The notes under the pieces are model-generated. The model searched no databases, had not been told where the DNA came from, and was given only the letters and a program-made list of their open reading frames with translations. Below are positions 18,489 through 29,349 of a stretch of 64,000 bases of DNA, piece by piece. The first letter of the stretch is position 1; each line of letters begins with the position of its first letter. Source of the DNA: Candidatus Bathyarchaeota archaeon. Its GTDB lineage: Archaea; Thermoproteota; Bathyarchaeia; Bathyarchaeales; Bathycorpusculaceae. Both the position numbers and the translations under genes were made by a program. The stretch is taken from NCBI GenBank assembly GCA_963826715.1, contig CAWGYA010000008.1, positions 800,001 through 864,000 on the forward strand. Reading direction: 5' to 3'.

Positions 18489-20648
18489 TTAGTATTTGTT
18501 ATTTAGTTGTTGTTTTAGTTCTTGTAGCTTTCTAGTTTTCGCCAAGTTACTTCGTCTAACTAAGAACAATATGATGCCCAAAACAATTACAATGGCTACT
18601 GCAAGTGAAACTGCAACAATTAATATCATGCCTGTGTTTGTTTGTGTCTCGGCTGATAGTAGAGTTATTGATAGTGATAGTGGCTGTCCAGTATAGTCTA
18701 TTGTTGCGTTCATTGATGGATAACCCACTTTGTTGACATTAAAGGTGTACGATCCTAATGTGGCGTTTTCAAAGGTTACATATCCTGTTGCATTCGTAAT
18801 TTCCACCAAAGTGCCCACTCCATCTGGTTGGCTTATTGATGAGACTACTGTATCGTTTAATGGGATTTCATTGATGTCTTTGATGCAAAATTGTATTCTT
18901 CCTGTAGTATTGCTTGTTTGATTACTATTTGTGGTTTGAGTTGGTGTAGTGGTGGGGCTTGGAGTCGGTGTCGCTGTTGGACTAATGGTTGGTGATACCG
19001 TTATTTGTAATGTATCTTGGTAGCTTAGGTATCCTATTTTTGAGACATATACCGTAATTGTACAAGTTGTTGTTTGAGCGAAGTTTGGAGCTGTGAAGGT
19101 TGTATTGTAGTGACCGTTTGCTTGATCAACTTTTGAGCTAAATGAACCTCCGTTATTTGATGAGAATGTGACTGTTGCATCAGGGGCTGCTGATCCCGCG
19201 GCACTTACGTAGGCTGTTAATGCTACATCTTTGCCGCTATCTACCGTTTGGGGGGTCCCTGTTAGTGCTACTTGTAAGGATAAATAATCGATTAGATAGG
19301 TTGTAATTTTTGTTTGTCCAGTGGAGTAATCTGATGCTTGGGCTGTGATGTATGTTTCACCTGGGTTGTTTGTAACGGCAAAGTTTCCGGTTGCTTGTGT
19401 TTTGCCAAATGGAATTGTTAAAGTTGAGCTAATGGTTCCAACTGTTGGTTGTGACGAGAATAAATTAACATTAACCGCTGCCTGCGGATCTTTTGCAGGG
19501 CGTCCTTGCGCATCTTGTAGTTGTACATGGATTGCTTGATATTCTACGTTATCTGCTGGCAACTTTGCAGGAACACAGTAGACAGCTAGTTTTGAGGGTA
19601 CAAAACCTGTTGTTGTTATAGTTTGTTGGTCCGCTATAAGGTCAGTTCCAACTGCTGTAATTGTTGTGCTTCCTGCCTTGAATGTTGTATTGAATGTCGC
19701 TATCCCAAAAGATTGTGCTTGAGGTATTGTTATTGAGGCTATTTTGCCTATGCTTTGATCATTTGTCGCTACCGTTATACTGGTGGGTACCTGGGCTAAT
19801 GCGCAGTAACCCGAAGCGTTTTGTAATTCGACTGCTATTTGTCGATAAGATTTTTGATCAGCGAGAACTTGGGGAGAGCCAACGAATATTTTGAGGTGAT
19901 TTGGATTTGTTGCCACCGGTGTTGTGGTTATTGTAACTTGTTTAGATGAATATCCTTGGGAAACCGCTGTAATAACTGCTGATTTAGTCGTACCTGCTGT
20001 TTCAGCAAAAGTGGTTGTGGTAAAATTTGCCAAAGCAAAAGTTTCCCCTTCAAGGATTAATACTGTTTGGCTGACTGTTCCCACACTTGTGTCTGAGCAG
20101 GATAGAGATACTTCTACTCCATCTTGAGGAGCTCGGGCAGGTGAACCAGATGAATCTTGAAGTTGGACCAAAATAGCTTCGTGTAAGTTTCCATCAGCTG
20201 GGAGAGTGGATGGAAAACCATATACTGCGATTGATACTGGAATAGGGCCAATTGTAGTGATGGATGTTTGAACAGTTGCGTATCCAGTCGCGGATGCGGA
20301 TATCGTGGTGGTTCCTGGGCTGAAGGTGGAGTTGAAGTTCGCTGATGCAAATGTTTCTTCTTTGGGAATAACGACTGATGAATCAACTGTACCAATATTT
20401 GTTAATGAAGATGACAGGCTTATCGTTGTTTCCTGTAGGGCTCGGGCAGGGTTACCGTTTGAATCCTGTAGTTGTACAAAAATGCAGTTGTAGGTGTTGT
20501 TATCTGCAAGAACACTAAGTGGACCGGTTGAAATGCTGAGTTTAGAAGCAGTTCCGGTTGTGGCGGAAGTTGAATTTTGATTTAAAGCTGAAAAAGCTCC
20601 TGCCAAAATAAGTGTGACTAAAATGGTTACTAATAATTTCTTAGACAT
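18489..20648 (-). CDS. Surface adhesin-like protein with tandem Ig-like (invasin/Big_1-type) repeats and C-terminal TM anchor
   Basis: Signal peptide; four ~105-aa repeats with core ADxxxYxxIxVQLQDxxGxPA; Thr/Pro linker; C-terminal TM plus basic tail. Confidence 0.8.
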   Translation of the reverse strand: MSKKLLVTILVTLILAGAFSALNQNSTSATTGTASKLSISTGPLSVLADNNTYNCIFVQLQDSNGNPARALQETTISLSSSLTNIGTVDSSVVIPKEETFASANFNSTFSPGTTTISASATGYATVQTSITTIGPIPVSIAVYGFPSTLPADGNLHEAILVQLQDSSGSPARAPQDGVEVSLSCSDTSVGTVSQTVLILEGETFALANFTTTTFAETAGTTKSAVITAVSQGYSSKQVTITTTPVATNPNHLKIFVGSPQVLADQKSYRQIAVELQNASGYCALAQVPTSITVATNDQSIGKIASITIPQAQSFGIATFNTTFKAGSTTITAVGTDLIADQQTITTTGFVPSKLAVYCVPAKLPADNVEYQAIHVQLQDAQGRPAKDPQAAVNVNLFSSQPTVGTISSTLTIPFGKTQATGNFAVTNNPGETYITAQASDYSTGQTKITTYLIDYLSLQVALTGTPQTVDSGKDVALTAYVSAAGSAAPDATVTFSSNNGGSFSSKVDQANGHYNTTFTAPNFAQTTTCTITVYVSKIGYLSYQDTLQITVSPTISPTATPTPSPTTTPTQTTNSNQTSNTTGRIQFCIKDINEIPLNDTVVSSISQPDGVGTLVEITNATGYVTFENATLGSYTFNVNKVGYPSMNATIDYTGQPLSLSITLLSAETQTNTGMILIVAVSLAVAIVIVLGIILFLVRRSNLAKTRKLQELKQQLNNKY

Positions 20649-20649
20649 T

Positions 20650-21006
20650 TTATTGCCTCATTTTCAATTCTTGTTTTTCTATTTCAGAAATTGCTGAATG
20701 ATGGTTATTTTGACATAACGCACAAGTTATGTTAGATACTTCGAGATGATAGTGCTGCTTGGATTGGTTACATCCCTCAACTCGGCATTCGCTTATTAGT
20801 GGGAGTCTATTTTTTTCTCGTTTTCTTAGCGAAAAGTAGGAGCATTGACCATTTTTGGAAAATTCGCAATTTTCCCTCTTCATTTCGCCAAAGAATGTTA
20901 CGTTTGAGAGGATCTCGATAAGAGTAAGTATTTCTTGTTTTCTTTGTTCTTCAATTTTGTCAAATCTTTCGTTTAGCTCATCTATCTGCCTATCCATACG
21001 TAACAT
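20650..21006 (-). CDS. Hypothetical protein with N-terminal coiled coil and Cys/His-rich C-terminus
   Basis: Six Cys including CALC; abuts the adhesin gene. Confidence 0.6.
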   Translation of the reverse strand: MLRMDRQIDELNERFDKIEEQRKQEILTLIEILSNVTFFGEMKRENCEFSKNGQCSYFSLRKREKNRLPLISECRVEGCNQSKQHYHLEVSNITCALCQNNHHSAISEIEKQELKMRQ

Positions 21007-21055
21007 CCAAGGGTTAATTATGGAAGTTTGCTTATATAGTAAGAAAAAAGAAGAG

Positions 21056-21856
21056 TTAACAAATAGCGCAGTTGAGTGCAGTGGCGGCTTTTTGATATTT
21101 TAGAGTCGGCGGTACTATAACGGCTACCAATCTTCTAACCCTAACTTCATTTGTATAAACTGTTCTTGGGGAAATATGAAATGCATCGCCAATTTTTTCT
21201 TTGGTGATTTTGCTTTTTCTTTTTTTGCACGCATTATAGAAGACTCCAGCAGCAAGCCCGATAGGGTTTCCTCCCGCTCTTCTTACCTGAATAAGTGTGC
21301 TCTCTGCCTGTAAAATCAAGTCTTTGTCTTCAGTTATTTTGCCTGCATATTCATGCAAGTAGTCAATGGTTGTTTTACGTGGAATTTTGATAGGAGCTTT
21401 TCTGGAGTTTAGTGCTTTGCTTAATAGCCAAGTTTGTTTCATTACTGATTTGTTGTCTAGGCTGAGTTCTCTGCTAATGTCTTTAATGGGTCTCATTTTA
21501 TCGTATTCTTTTAGCACTAAATGCATCAGGGCTGCGACGGTTGCTCTTTTATTTTTTGAAAGTTTTTGAGAACTTGATAATAGCTGATTTTGTTTTCTTA
21601 TTGTCCGAGCTGCTTCTTCTCGGTATGGAAAATTTGGAATGTTTAATTGGCAAGAAACGGACCTTAGTGTAGTTAGCCATTCCTTCATAGTTTCAGAATC
21701 TTGTTGGCTATAATTCGAATACCACTCAGGGGTCCATTGACTGAAACTTTTGACGATGGGAGTGTGATCTATGACTAATCCACATTGACTGCATATTTTT
21801 TCTCCCTCTAAACCTTCGGGATAAACAACTGCACTGCCGCATTTCTTGCAATCCAT
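21056..21856 (-). CDS. tfb: Divergent transcription factor B (TFIIB) paralogue
   Basis: Zn ribbon CKKC...CSQCG; two cyclin-like repeats (VAALMHL; GGNPIGLAAGVFYNAC...ISPRTV). Confidence 0.8.
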   Translation of the reverse strand: MDCKKCGSAVVYPEGLEGEKICSQCGLVIDHTPIVKSFSQWTPEWYSNYSQQDSETMKEWLTTLRSVSCQLNIPNFPYREEAARTIRKQNQLLSSSQKLSKNKRATVAALMHLVLKEYDKMRPIKDISRELSLDNKSVMKQTWLLSKALNSRKAPIKIPRKTTIDYLHEYAGKITEDKDLILQAESTLIQVRRAGGNPIGLAAGVFYNACKKRKSKITKEKIGDAFHISPRTVYTNEVRVRRLVAVIVPPTLKYQKAATALNCAIC

Positions 21857-22113
21857 ACTTTATGATCTCCAGATACGATAGTAGCGATTACTTAGCTGGA
21901 GTCGAGTATAGACTTATAAGAATTGAGTACTGAGAATTCATAAATTCGCTTAAATTTGCTGATAATTTATTGCTAATTGATACTTTTTATATGTTATTTA
22001 TTTCATAATTTTAAATTTTGCCGCATCTAAAACTTATCGATTTGAGGCTTTTTCAATTTTGCTCCATTAATTTTTGCCAGAGAATTTTGAATATTGAACA
22101 CTACTTTACACCC

Positions 22114-22166
22114 TTTATAAGGGAGCCACTAAAAGAAATATCAAACCAAAGTTTCACGCGGAGGTG
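22114..22166 (+). promoter_or_regulatory. Putative TATA box and SD of the major pilin gene
   Basis: TTTATAA at ~22114-22120 and GGAGGTG at 22160-22166 ahead of ATG 22178. Confidence 0.5.
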
Positions 22167-22177
22167 TAAAACAAAAA

Positions 22178-22639
22178 ATGATGAACAAAAAAATATTCAA
22201 TAACAAAAAAGCAATTTCACCAATTTTCGCAACCCTAATACTCATCGCTATTGCAGTAATTGCAGGTGTAGTAGTTTATACATTTACTTCTGGAACGCTT
22301 TCAACTATGACCGGAGGCGGAACTGCTGGACAAGAGAAAATTTCAGTACAAAGTGCATCCGTTGATAGTGATACTGGAAAGGTTCTTAGTGTGATTCTTC
22401 AGCAAACTGGCGGTCCAAATGCAACTATTAACGGTATGATAGTTAAAGACGGTTCTGGAAACACAGTTGCTTCTGACACAGCACTTAACGTACCTCTGGA
22501 TGTCGGTACTTTGACAACTATTGAGGGTACAAGCTCTGTTGCACTAACCGCAGGGAAAACCTATACAGTTACAGTGACTACAGCAGCTGGCGGCACTTTC
22601 CTATCACCATCCTTCAATAGCGCATATACCCCAACTTAA
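22178..22639 (+). CDS. Archaeal type IV pilin (probable major pilin)
   Basis: Class III signal peptide KKA/ISPIFATLILIAIAVIAG; small beta-rich domain. Confidence 0.9.
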   Translation: MMNKKIFNNKKAISPIFATLILIAIAVIAGVVVYTFTSGTLSTMTGGGTAGQEKISVQSASVDSDTGKVLSVILQQTGGPNATINGMIVKDGSGNTVASDTALNVPLDVGTLTTIEGTSSVALTAGKTYTVTVTTAAGGTFLSPSFNSAYTPT

Positions 22640-22899
22640 TGGAGCTAAAAATCTCCATAATTATTTTTTTCCTATTTTCTGTAAGTAGTCAAATTTTTAG
22701 AATAATCATCTACTTAAAATATTAATTATTCAATGTTTTCTGTTCACCGATCTTCGTCATTTTTATCGCTCTCCAAAAATTTCGGTTTTGCTAAAATACA
22801 TAGTTTATTAATTAACTCCTGAAATGAATAGCTGGAAAGCTAAAAGTGAATGGTACATAGATTGCAGATGGCCAAGAAACTGCTTAGCTAAAATGTTAG

Positions 22900-23406
22900 G
22901 TGCACCAAATGAGAAAAATTAGTAGCTGGTCGCATGATAAATGTGCGCTTAGTCCAATATTTGCAACTGTTTTGCTAGCTGTGATCATTATTAGCCTTGG
23001 TTCTGTGACTTTTTATTTTTCTAATAATTTGACTACGACTGCTACAAATGAATTTGTTGACATTACATCTAATAGTAAGCAATCTGTCTCGGAGCGAATT
23101 GCTTTTGAAAATGTTGTGTACACAACTGCCAATTCAACTTTGAATGTTTACATTCTTAATTGTGGAAGTGCAAGCAATCTGCGGTTAAATACGCTTTTTG
23201 TTTATGATGCAAATCGTCAACTTGTGGATTATGGTATTATCTCAAATTTCTATGACATGAATAATCAGGAAGTTCCAAAAACTCTCAATATTGGGCAAGA
23301 GGGATATTTTAGCTTCCCGTTAACGTCGGGTTTGCCCTTTGGCTCATATACAATTCATCTAATAACCGAAAGTGGAAGTACATTTGATTATGATTTCACC
23401 CCATAA
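22900..23406 (+). CDS. Archaeal type IV pilin (minor)
   Basis: Class III signal peptide DKCA/LSPIFATVLLAVII; ERIAFENV. Confidence 0.85.
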   Translation: MHQMRKISSWSHDKCALSPIFATVLLAVIIISLGSVTFYFSNNLTTTATNEFVDITSNSKQSVSERIAFENVVYTTANSTLNVYILNCGSASNLRLNTLFVYDANRQLVDYGIISNFYDMNNQEVPKTLNIGQEGYFSFPLTSGLPFGSYTIHLITESGSTFDYDFTP

Positions 23407-25778
23407 TTTCAGACGAAATAGAAAAGGCGTTGGCACAATATTTGCCATGGTGTTTTTCCTAATAATAGTCATGATTGTTTTCGGCAGCTTTGTGGTTATT
23501 CTTAACCAAAATACCGGTCTGCAACAAACAATAACGCAGGCAAACCAAATGGATAGTGACAAAGCAAAGGAAGAACTAACTATAACTGGTCAAGCAACTT
23601 ATGTGAGTGAAAATACAGTTGATGTTACATGTAACCTTGATAATACTGGTAGACTCCCAGTGCAAGTTGTGCGTTTATGGGTTAAAGATCTTGCAAATGG
23701 TAACACTGGTACTTTGTCGTTTTCAAATCCTAACTCCGAAATCATAATACCGCAAGGTGAAAATCATGCCGGGAGCTTTTCCGTTACAGTCTCAGAGGCT
23801 ACATCGGATGATACATTCATATTTTGGTTTATTACAGCACGAGGTAACCAGTTTACTCTTCAAGATTACGGAGACGCATTTGACATAACAAATCAAGTCA
23901 CAGAAATAACTGCAAGTATAATGGGTGATTTTCTTCCTGATTACCATTCGGTTCAATGGGGCGAATGCCTGCAAGTAGGTAGCAATTATGAAGTGAGTCA
24001 CTGGACTTCAGGATGGACAATTCCTCAAGATGAAGACTTCAATATGGTTTGGAGAGTAAATTGTTCATACAAAGGAAGTACTCCTCTTACATTAGATCAG
24101 AATTCAATGTTGTTTTTTATACCTTCAATGGCTAGAAATCCAGGTGAACATGCTCTAAATCCGTTTATGTGCTACATAGTTGAAAGTACGACTGTAGGCG
24201 GGGTTTCTCAAATTGCTCCCTATCCTGGACATGAATTAACCATTCTGCCAAAAACGAATGTAACCCTTTATTTTGGAACTCAAGTTGCAGGCTATGGGTC
24301 TGACGATGATTATGGATTCAGTAATCTTATTTTTGGAGATATGGACGCTTCGATGATGAGTTTAACTATATACGGAAAATCACCTAGTGCCTATGCTCAA
24401 TCATTTCCATTATTTGCGGTAATACCTCGTTTATTGAGGATAACATTAGATTCATATGATGATACTATTGGATCGACTGTATCTGTCACAGGAGTTGGCT
24501 TTGCAAGGAACTCAATAATTACTCTAAAATATGATTCAAATACCTTATCAACTTCGCCCTCGTCGATAACTTCTGAGTAATCAAGGAGATTTCTCAGCAT
24601 CTTTCATAGTTCCCCCATCAACTGCAGGTGCCCATATAGTGAGTGCAATCGATTCGACATCTGAAACGGCCCAAGCCTCATTCACTGTTGTACCAGCAAT
24701 ATCTGCAAATCCCCAAAGTGGACCAAAATATACACTAATAGCCTTATCTGGAACAGGATTTGCAGCTTCATCGCAAATAACTATCACTTTCGGTGGTTAC
24801 TCTATTTCAAACCAACCGATTACAGATTCAACTGGTTCATTCTCTGGGACATTCAATGTTCCAAGCTCGACACTTGTAGGTAACAATAGCATTATAGCAA
24901 CCGATTCAATTGGAAATTCAGATTCAACCTTTTTTGTAGTTGTACTTCCAACTATCAGCCTTACTCCTGGTGGTGGACCAGCCGGAACATCTGTTACTAT
25001 CTCAGGATCTAACTTTGTACCAAACTCGGTAACAACAATACGGTTCAATGGAGCCACAGTAGCAACACTTACCTCTACTAACACAGGTGCAATTCCATTT
25101 GGGACAACTTTCACAATACCGTCTTTGCCGACAGGTAGCTACATTGTAACTGGCACAGATTCATTTGGCAACATTGGGACAACTTATTTCAACATAAATA
25201 TAATTCAAAATCTAATCCTAAATTCAGGGTTTGAAAATAGTGGAACATGGACAGCAACTGTAGCCGAAGGCGCTATAGCTATAATTAATGACAATTCCTG
25301 GATGAACAGCGGAATTTATTCAGCAAATACCAACACGGTAGGCGTTATAAAGAATGAAAATGCATTCGCAACAATATCTCAATCTCTTTCATTAACAGAA
25401 GTCTCAAAAATAACCAATTCAGCTAACTCACTATCAGGATACTTGCATAATGCTGCCTCTGCTACAAGCGGTACTGATACAGTCGAACTAAGATTAGTGG
25501 CCAGCAACGGAAATGTCCTTTCATACTATTGGGGTATTAACGGCGCCTTTTCAGATTCGCCATCTAATAAGTACTACTATATGGGCACAGTAAGCAACAT
25601 AGGCGCATCAACATACTTTAGCGCAAACTTATACCAAGACTGGCTAGCAAAATGGTCAACAGGCGGAACAATGCAGATAAACCAAATACAACTGGTTTCA
25701 GCGGGACACAGCAATGGAAATAACGATTACGGCCAATCAATCAACTGGGACGACTTGCAACTTCTGTTTAGCCCTTGA
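23390..25778 (+). CDS. Large minor pilin/adhesin with IPT/TIG-like repeats and CBM-like tip (one apparent +1 frameshift at ~24577)
   Basis: RKG/VGTIFAMVFF signal; removing one G in tctgagtaat gives ITSDNQGDFSASFIVP, matching repeat ITDSTGSFSGTFNVP and joining ORFs 23372-24580 and 24639-25778 (~795 aa). Confidence 0.75.
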
Positions 25779-25977
25779 TCGATGCTTATTCGCTTATATT
25801 TCTTATTTTTAATTGTTAGAAATAATTAATTATGGGGAGAAAATCTCTATCATTTAATACAGAATTATGTCGATCAATGAAAAATAATAAAATTGACGTA
25901 GACTTAGCTCTAATACGAATTAAGGATTTACACACTTTATATGTTCTTTGGGATAATGCAATCTTGGAGACACTTAC

Positions 25978-27591
25978 TTGAAGCTCTGGAAACTTAGAGG
26001 ACGAGCAGATCAAATACTTGAAAAAAAAGTGAAAATAGCATTTGACACTACACCTGCTCTGGGGACTAAGGCTTCTCTTCAGGCTCCAACCGAAACTGAA
26101 ATTTCAGAAACTTTCAAGGAACATTATCCCTTATTAGCTCCTTTCTCGCATGCGGCAATTGTGGAAGATGAAAAAAATGAAGTCAAATATTCCCTTTTGG
26201 AACCCACATTAACCGATTATGATAAGGAATGTTTAGAGGAAATTAAGACAATTCTATGGGACGAACTTTCTGTAAATACAAAAAGCATGAAGAAACCAAA
26301 CGAATCCCATGAATTTTTACGAGACCGAATCTTAGAAACTGCAGTAAAATACAAAATTACTGTCGATGGAAATACCCTTGGCAAATATCAATATTTTATT
26401 GCACGAGATTTTTTGGGTTTTGGAAAGATTGACGGCATCATGAGAGATGAGAATATTGAAGACGTTTCTTGTGATGGTGTTAACTCACCTGTATTTGTTT
26501 GGCATCGAAAATATGAATCCATTCCATCAAACGTGGTTTTTTCAACTCCTCAAGAGCTTGAAAACTTTGTCTTCAAACTTGCATACCTTTGTGGACGACA
26601 TATTTCCATTGCTCAGCCAATCCTAGATGGAACATTAACTGACGGTAGTAGGGCTCAAGTAACATATGGAACAGAGGTTACACCCAAAGGAAGTACCTTT
26701 ACAATCAGGAAGTTTAAGAAAAGTCCTCTTACAATTACTGACTTGATAATTTATAAGGCTCTTTCGGCAGAAATTGCGGCTTACTATTGGTTTATTATCG
26801 AAAATAGGCACTCAGTTTTGATCGGTGGAGACATTGGTGGCGGAAAAACCTCTATGCTAAACGCTGTCAGTTTATTCATCCGACCCACTCTAAAAATTGT
26901 CAGCATAGAAGACACACAAGAAATACGCTTACCACACCAAAACTGGGAAATGATGGTTACGAGACAGGGTTTAGGAACTGGAGCAGGTGCAGTGGGTGAA
27001 GCCGGCATTGGTAGTATTAGTATGTTCGACTTACTTCGTGCTGCCTTAAGACAGAGACCAGATTTTATAATTGTGGGTGAAATCAGAGGTGAGGAAGCTT
27101 ATGCTTTATTCCAAGCTATGGCTACAGGACACTTAGGATTAACAACTGTCCACGCAGAACATGTCCAAGGTGTCTTGCATAGACTTACAACTAAACCAAT
27201 GAACATCCCAAAAACCCAAGTAGAAAACTTGAATGCAATCTCAATTGTAAGGCGCCTAGTGGTAAACAACATCTCCTTGAGACGAACTATAAGTGTCTCG
27301 GAAATGCTCGGCTGGGATAAACAAAAAGATGACTTCAAAACTCAGGACATTTTCCTGTGGAATGCTGAAAAAGACATTTACGTGAAACAAAGTAGGAGTC
27401 CATTACTAGATCGAATTGCGGCACAATGGGGGTATGCTCCTGAAGAAATAGATCAAGAGCTAAAAATGAGGCAAACAATACTGGAATTCATGGTTAGAAA
27501 ACATATTCGTTCATATGAGGATGTATCTAAATTAATATTGGACTACTTCTCGAATCCTGAACTTGTCTATCGAAAAGCAAAAGTGAGCTAA
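25978..27591 (+). CDS. Type IV pilus assembly ATPase (PilB/ArlI/VirB11 family)
   Basis: IEDVSCDG, FTIRKF, Walker A GDIGGGKTS, SIEDTQE, RQRPDFIIVGEIRGEEA, TGH. Confidence 0.95.
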   Translation: MKLWKLRGRADQILEKKVKIAFDTTPALGTKASLQAPTETEISETFKEHYPLLAPFSHAAIVEDEKNEVKYSLLEPTLTDYDKECLEEIKTILWDELSVNTKSMKKPNESHEFLRDRILETAVKYKITVDGNTLGKYQYFIARDFLGFGKIDGIMRDENIEDVSCDGVNSPVFVWHRKYESIPSNVVFSTPQELENFVFKLAYLCGRHISIAQPILDGTLTDGSRAQVTYGTEVTPKGSTFTIRKFKKSPLTITDLIIYKALSAEIAAYYWFIIENRHSVLIGGDIGGGKTSMLNAVSLFIRPTLKIVSIEDTQEIRLPHQNWEMMVTRQGLGTGAGAVGEAGIGSISMFDLLRAALRQRPDFIIVGEIRGEEAYALFQAMATGHLGLTTVHAEHVQGVLHRLTTKPMNIPKTQVENLNAISIVRRLVVNNISLRRTISVSEMLGWDKQKDDFKTQDIFLWNAEKDIYVKQSRSPLLDRIAAQWGYAPEEIDQELKMRQTILEFMVRKHIRSYEDVSKLILDYFSNPELVYRKAKVS

Positions 27592-27592
27592 C

Positions 27593-28474
27593 ATGAAATT
27601 TGAACCATGGACAATAGCTTACGATTTATTCAATAAAAAACTTCAGAAGGTATATCCTAAATTTCAGGAGTTACACATTCAACTAAAACAAGGCGGGGTA
27701 TTAATTGCATTTAAGGCATATATTGCTTTTATGGTTTTTTCTTCAATCATTGCCTTTGCAGTAGCTCTAACTTTATCGATTTTGTTCTTGCCACTTTTAA
27801 TGGGGATTTCTTATTTATCTGCAACTAACTTTGTTTTTAGTCTGACGATAGCAGCATCAACAGCCTTATTAACGCTAATTATAATGTATATTTATCCTAG
27901 TATAAAATCTAACAATAGAAAAGGTCCAATTGACAGAAATTTACCTTACACAGCTAACTTTTTAACTCTTCTTTCAAGTTCAAATGTTCCTCCGAGCGTT
28001 ATTTTTGAGTCAGTAGCAAAGATCAATACCCTCAAAGAAACACACTTAGAATTTGGCAACATAATAAGAGACATAGAAGTTTTTGGCAAGGACCTTATGA
28101 CCTCAATATTAGATAACGCCCGATTAACGCCTCATGATCAACTCAGAGAAATATTGTTGGGGTATGTAGCGACAGTAAGAACTGGCGGAAATCCTACAGA
28201 GTATCTTAAAATAACAACTGAACAAATTACCAAAGAAAGAATGTCTAAATTGGATATGATGCTTGAATCCCTATCTGCCATGGCAGAAATATATATTATG
28301 GTATTAGTTGCTGCTCCCCTGCTGTTCGCCGTGCTCTTTGTAACCCTTGGCATGATAGGCAGCGGTGACATTGCTGGCATGAACATGGGAACGCTCCTTT
28401 ATCTATTAACTTACATAGGCATTCCAATTATGGGCGCTGTAATGATGGTAATTATGTCATCATTCGAGAAGTGA
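27593..28474 (+). CDS. T2SSF/TadC-like membrane platform protein
   Basis: IDRNLPY, IIRDIEVFGKD, TGG and TM helices; follows the ATPase. Confidence 0.9.
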   Translation: MKFEPWTIAYDLFNKKLQKVYPKFQELHIQLKQGGVLIAFKAYIAFMVFSSIIAFAVALTLSILFLPLLMGISYLSATNFVFSLTIAASTALLTLIIMYIYPSIKSNNRKGPIDRNLPYTANFLTLLSSSNVPPSVIFESVAKINTLKETHLEFGNIIRDIEVFGKDLMTSILDNARLTPHDQLREILLGYVATVRTGGNPTEYLKITTEQITKERMSKLDMMLESLSAMAEIYIMVLVAAPLLFAVLFVTLGMIGSGDIAGMNMGTLLYLLTYIGIPIMGAVMMVIMSSFEK

Positions 28475-28480
28475 TTAACG

Positions 28481-29305
28481 ATGAGAATGATCAAGAAAAC
28501 TATAAGAAAAATCGAGATAGCTTCAATCATAGCAGCGGTGATCTTTCTCGTTGTTTCAATGGTATTCTATCTTACATCTCCAACTTTAGATTACATGTTG
28601 GTTATAGCCCTCACAATAGCTGTTGCGCCTTCAAGTTTTGCCCAAATAATCCACAATCGTTGGAGACACAAAATTGAAAAAGCAACCCCTGAATTTCTCA
28701 GGGATTTAGCAACAGCCTCAAGAACCGGAATCCCTCTTCAAACAGCATTAGAACACGCATCTAACCGAATGTATGGTCCACTAACAGCTGAACTGAAAAT
28801 ATTAGTTGCGCATATGAGTTGGGGTATGAATTTTAATGAAGCCCTAACCAAGTTCAGTGACAGAGTAGACTTACCTCTTATCAATAAAGCAACTATCTTG
28901 ATAAATGAAGCAGGAACTCATGGAGGGGACTTGTCTGACATTTTTGATTCAACTGCAAAATACCTGGAAAACATTAACTCTTGGGCAGCTAAAAGGCAAA
29001 TGCAGACTTTCCCATATATTGCCATATTTTATTTCTCAGTTTTCATGTTCTTATTCATAATAATTGTTATATCTAACATGATGTTTGCCCCACTAGCCCA
29101 AACTACAGGTGACACATCATTCATCAAGCCGATTCTTACACAAGCGGAATCTAGGCGAGTGTTTCTGCATGCATCACTGTTGGAATGCTTATTTGGAGGA
29201 TTAATTGCTGGAAAAATAAATGAAGATTCCTTTGTTGATGGTTTGAAACACGTAATGGTGTTATCGATCGCATCAGGAGTGGCATTCTATCTGTTTCTTC
29301 GATGA
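28481..29305 (+). CDS. T2SSF/TadB-like membrane platform protein
   Basis: PEFLRDLA, YGPLTAEL, SWGMNFNEAL, GGDLSDIF, GLKH. Confidence 0.9.
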   Translation: MRMIKKTIRKIEIASIIAAVIFLVVSMVFYLTSPTLDYMLVIALTIAVAPSSFAQIIHNRWRHKIEKATPEFLRDLATASRTGIPLQTALEHASNRMYGPLTAELKILVAHMSWGMNFNEALTKFSDRVDLPLINKATILINEAGTHGGDLSDIFDSTAKYLENINSWAAKRQMQTFPYIAIFYFSVFMFLFIIIVISNMMFAPLAQTTGDTSFIKPILTQAESRRVFLHASLLECLFGGLIAGKINEDSFVDGLKHVMVLSIASGVAFYLFLR

Positions 29306-29349
29306 TAAAATAATACAATAACGAACAAAACAAAACTCTCGTAGCGACG

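Noticed and set aside
24560-24600. Programmed frameshifting or phase variation explaining the split genes
   Set aside because: Most indels are not in slippery or homopolymer tracts, and they also hit purM five times; sequence error is more parsimonious
22178-29305. Archaellum operon
   Set aside because: Two separate TadB/C-like genes and no recognisable arlF/G or che genes; fits an adhesive type IV pilus better
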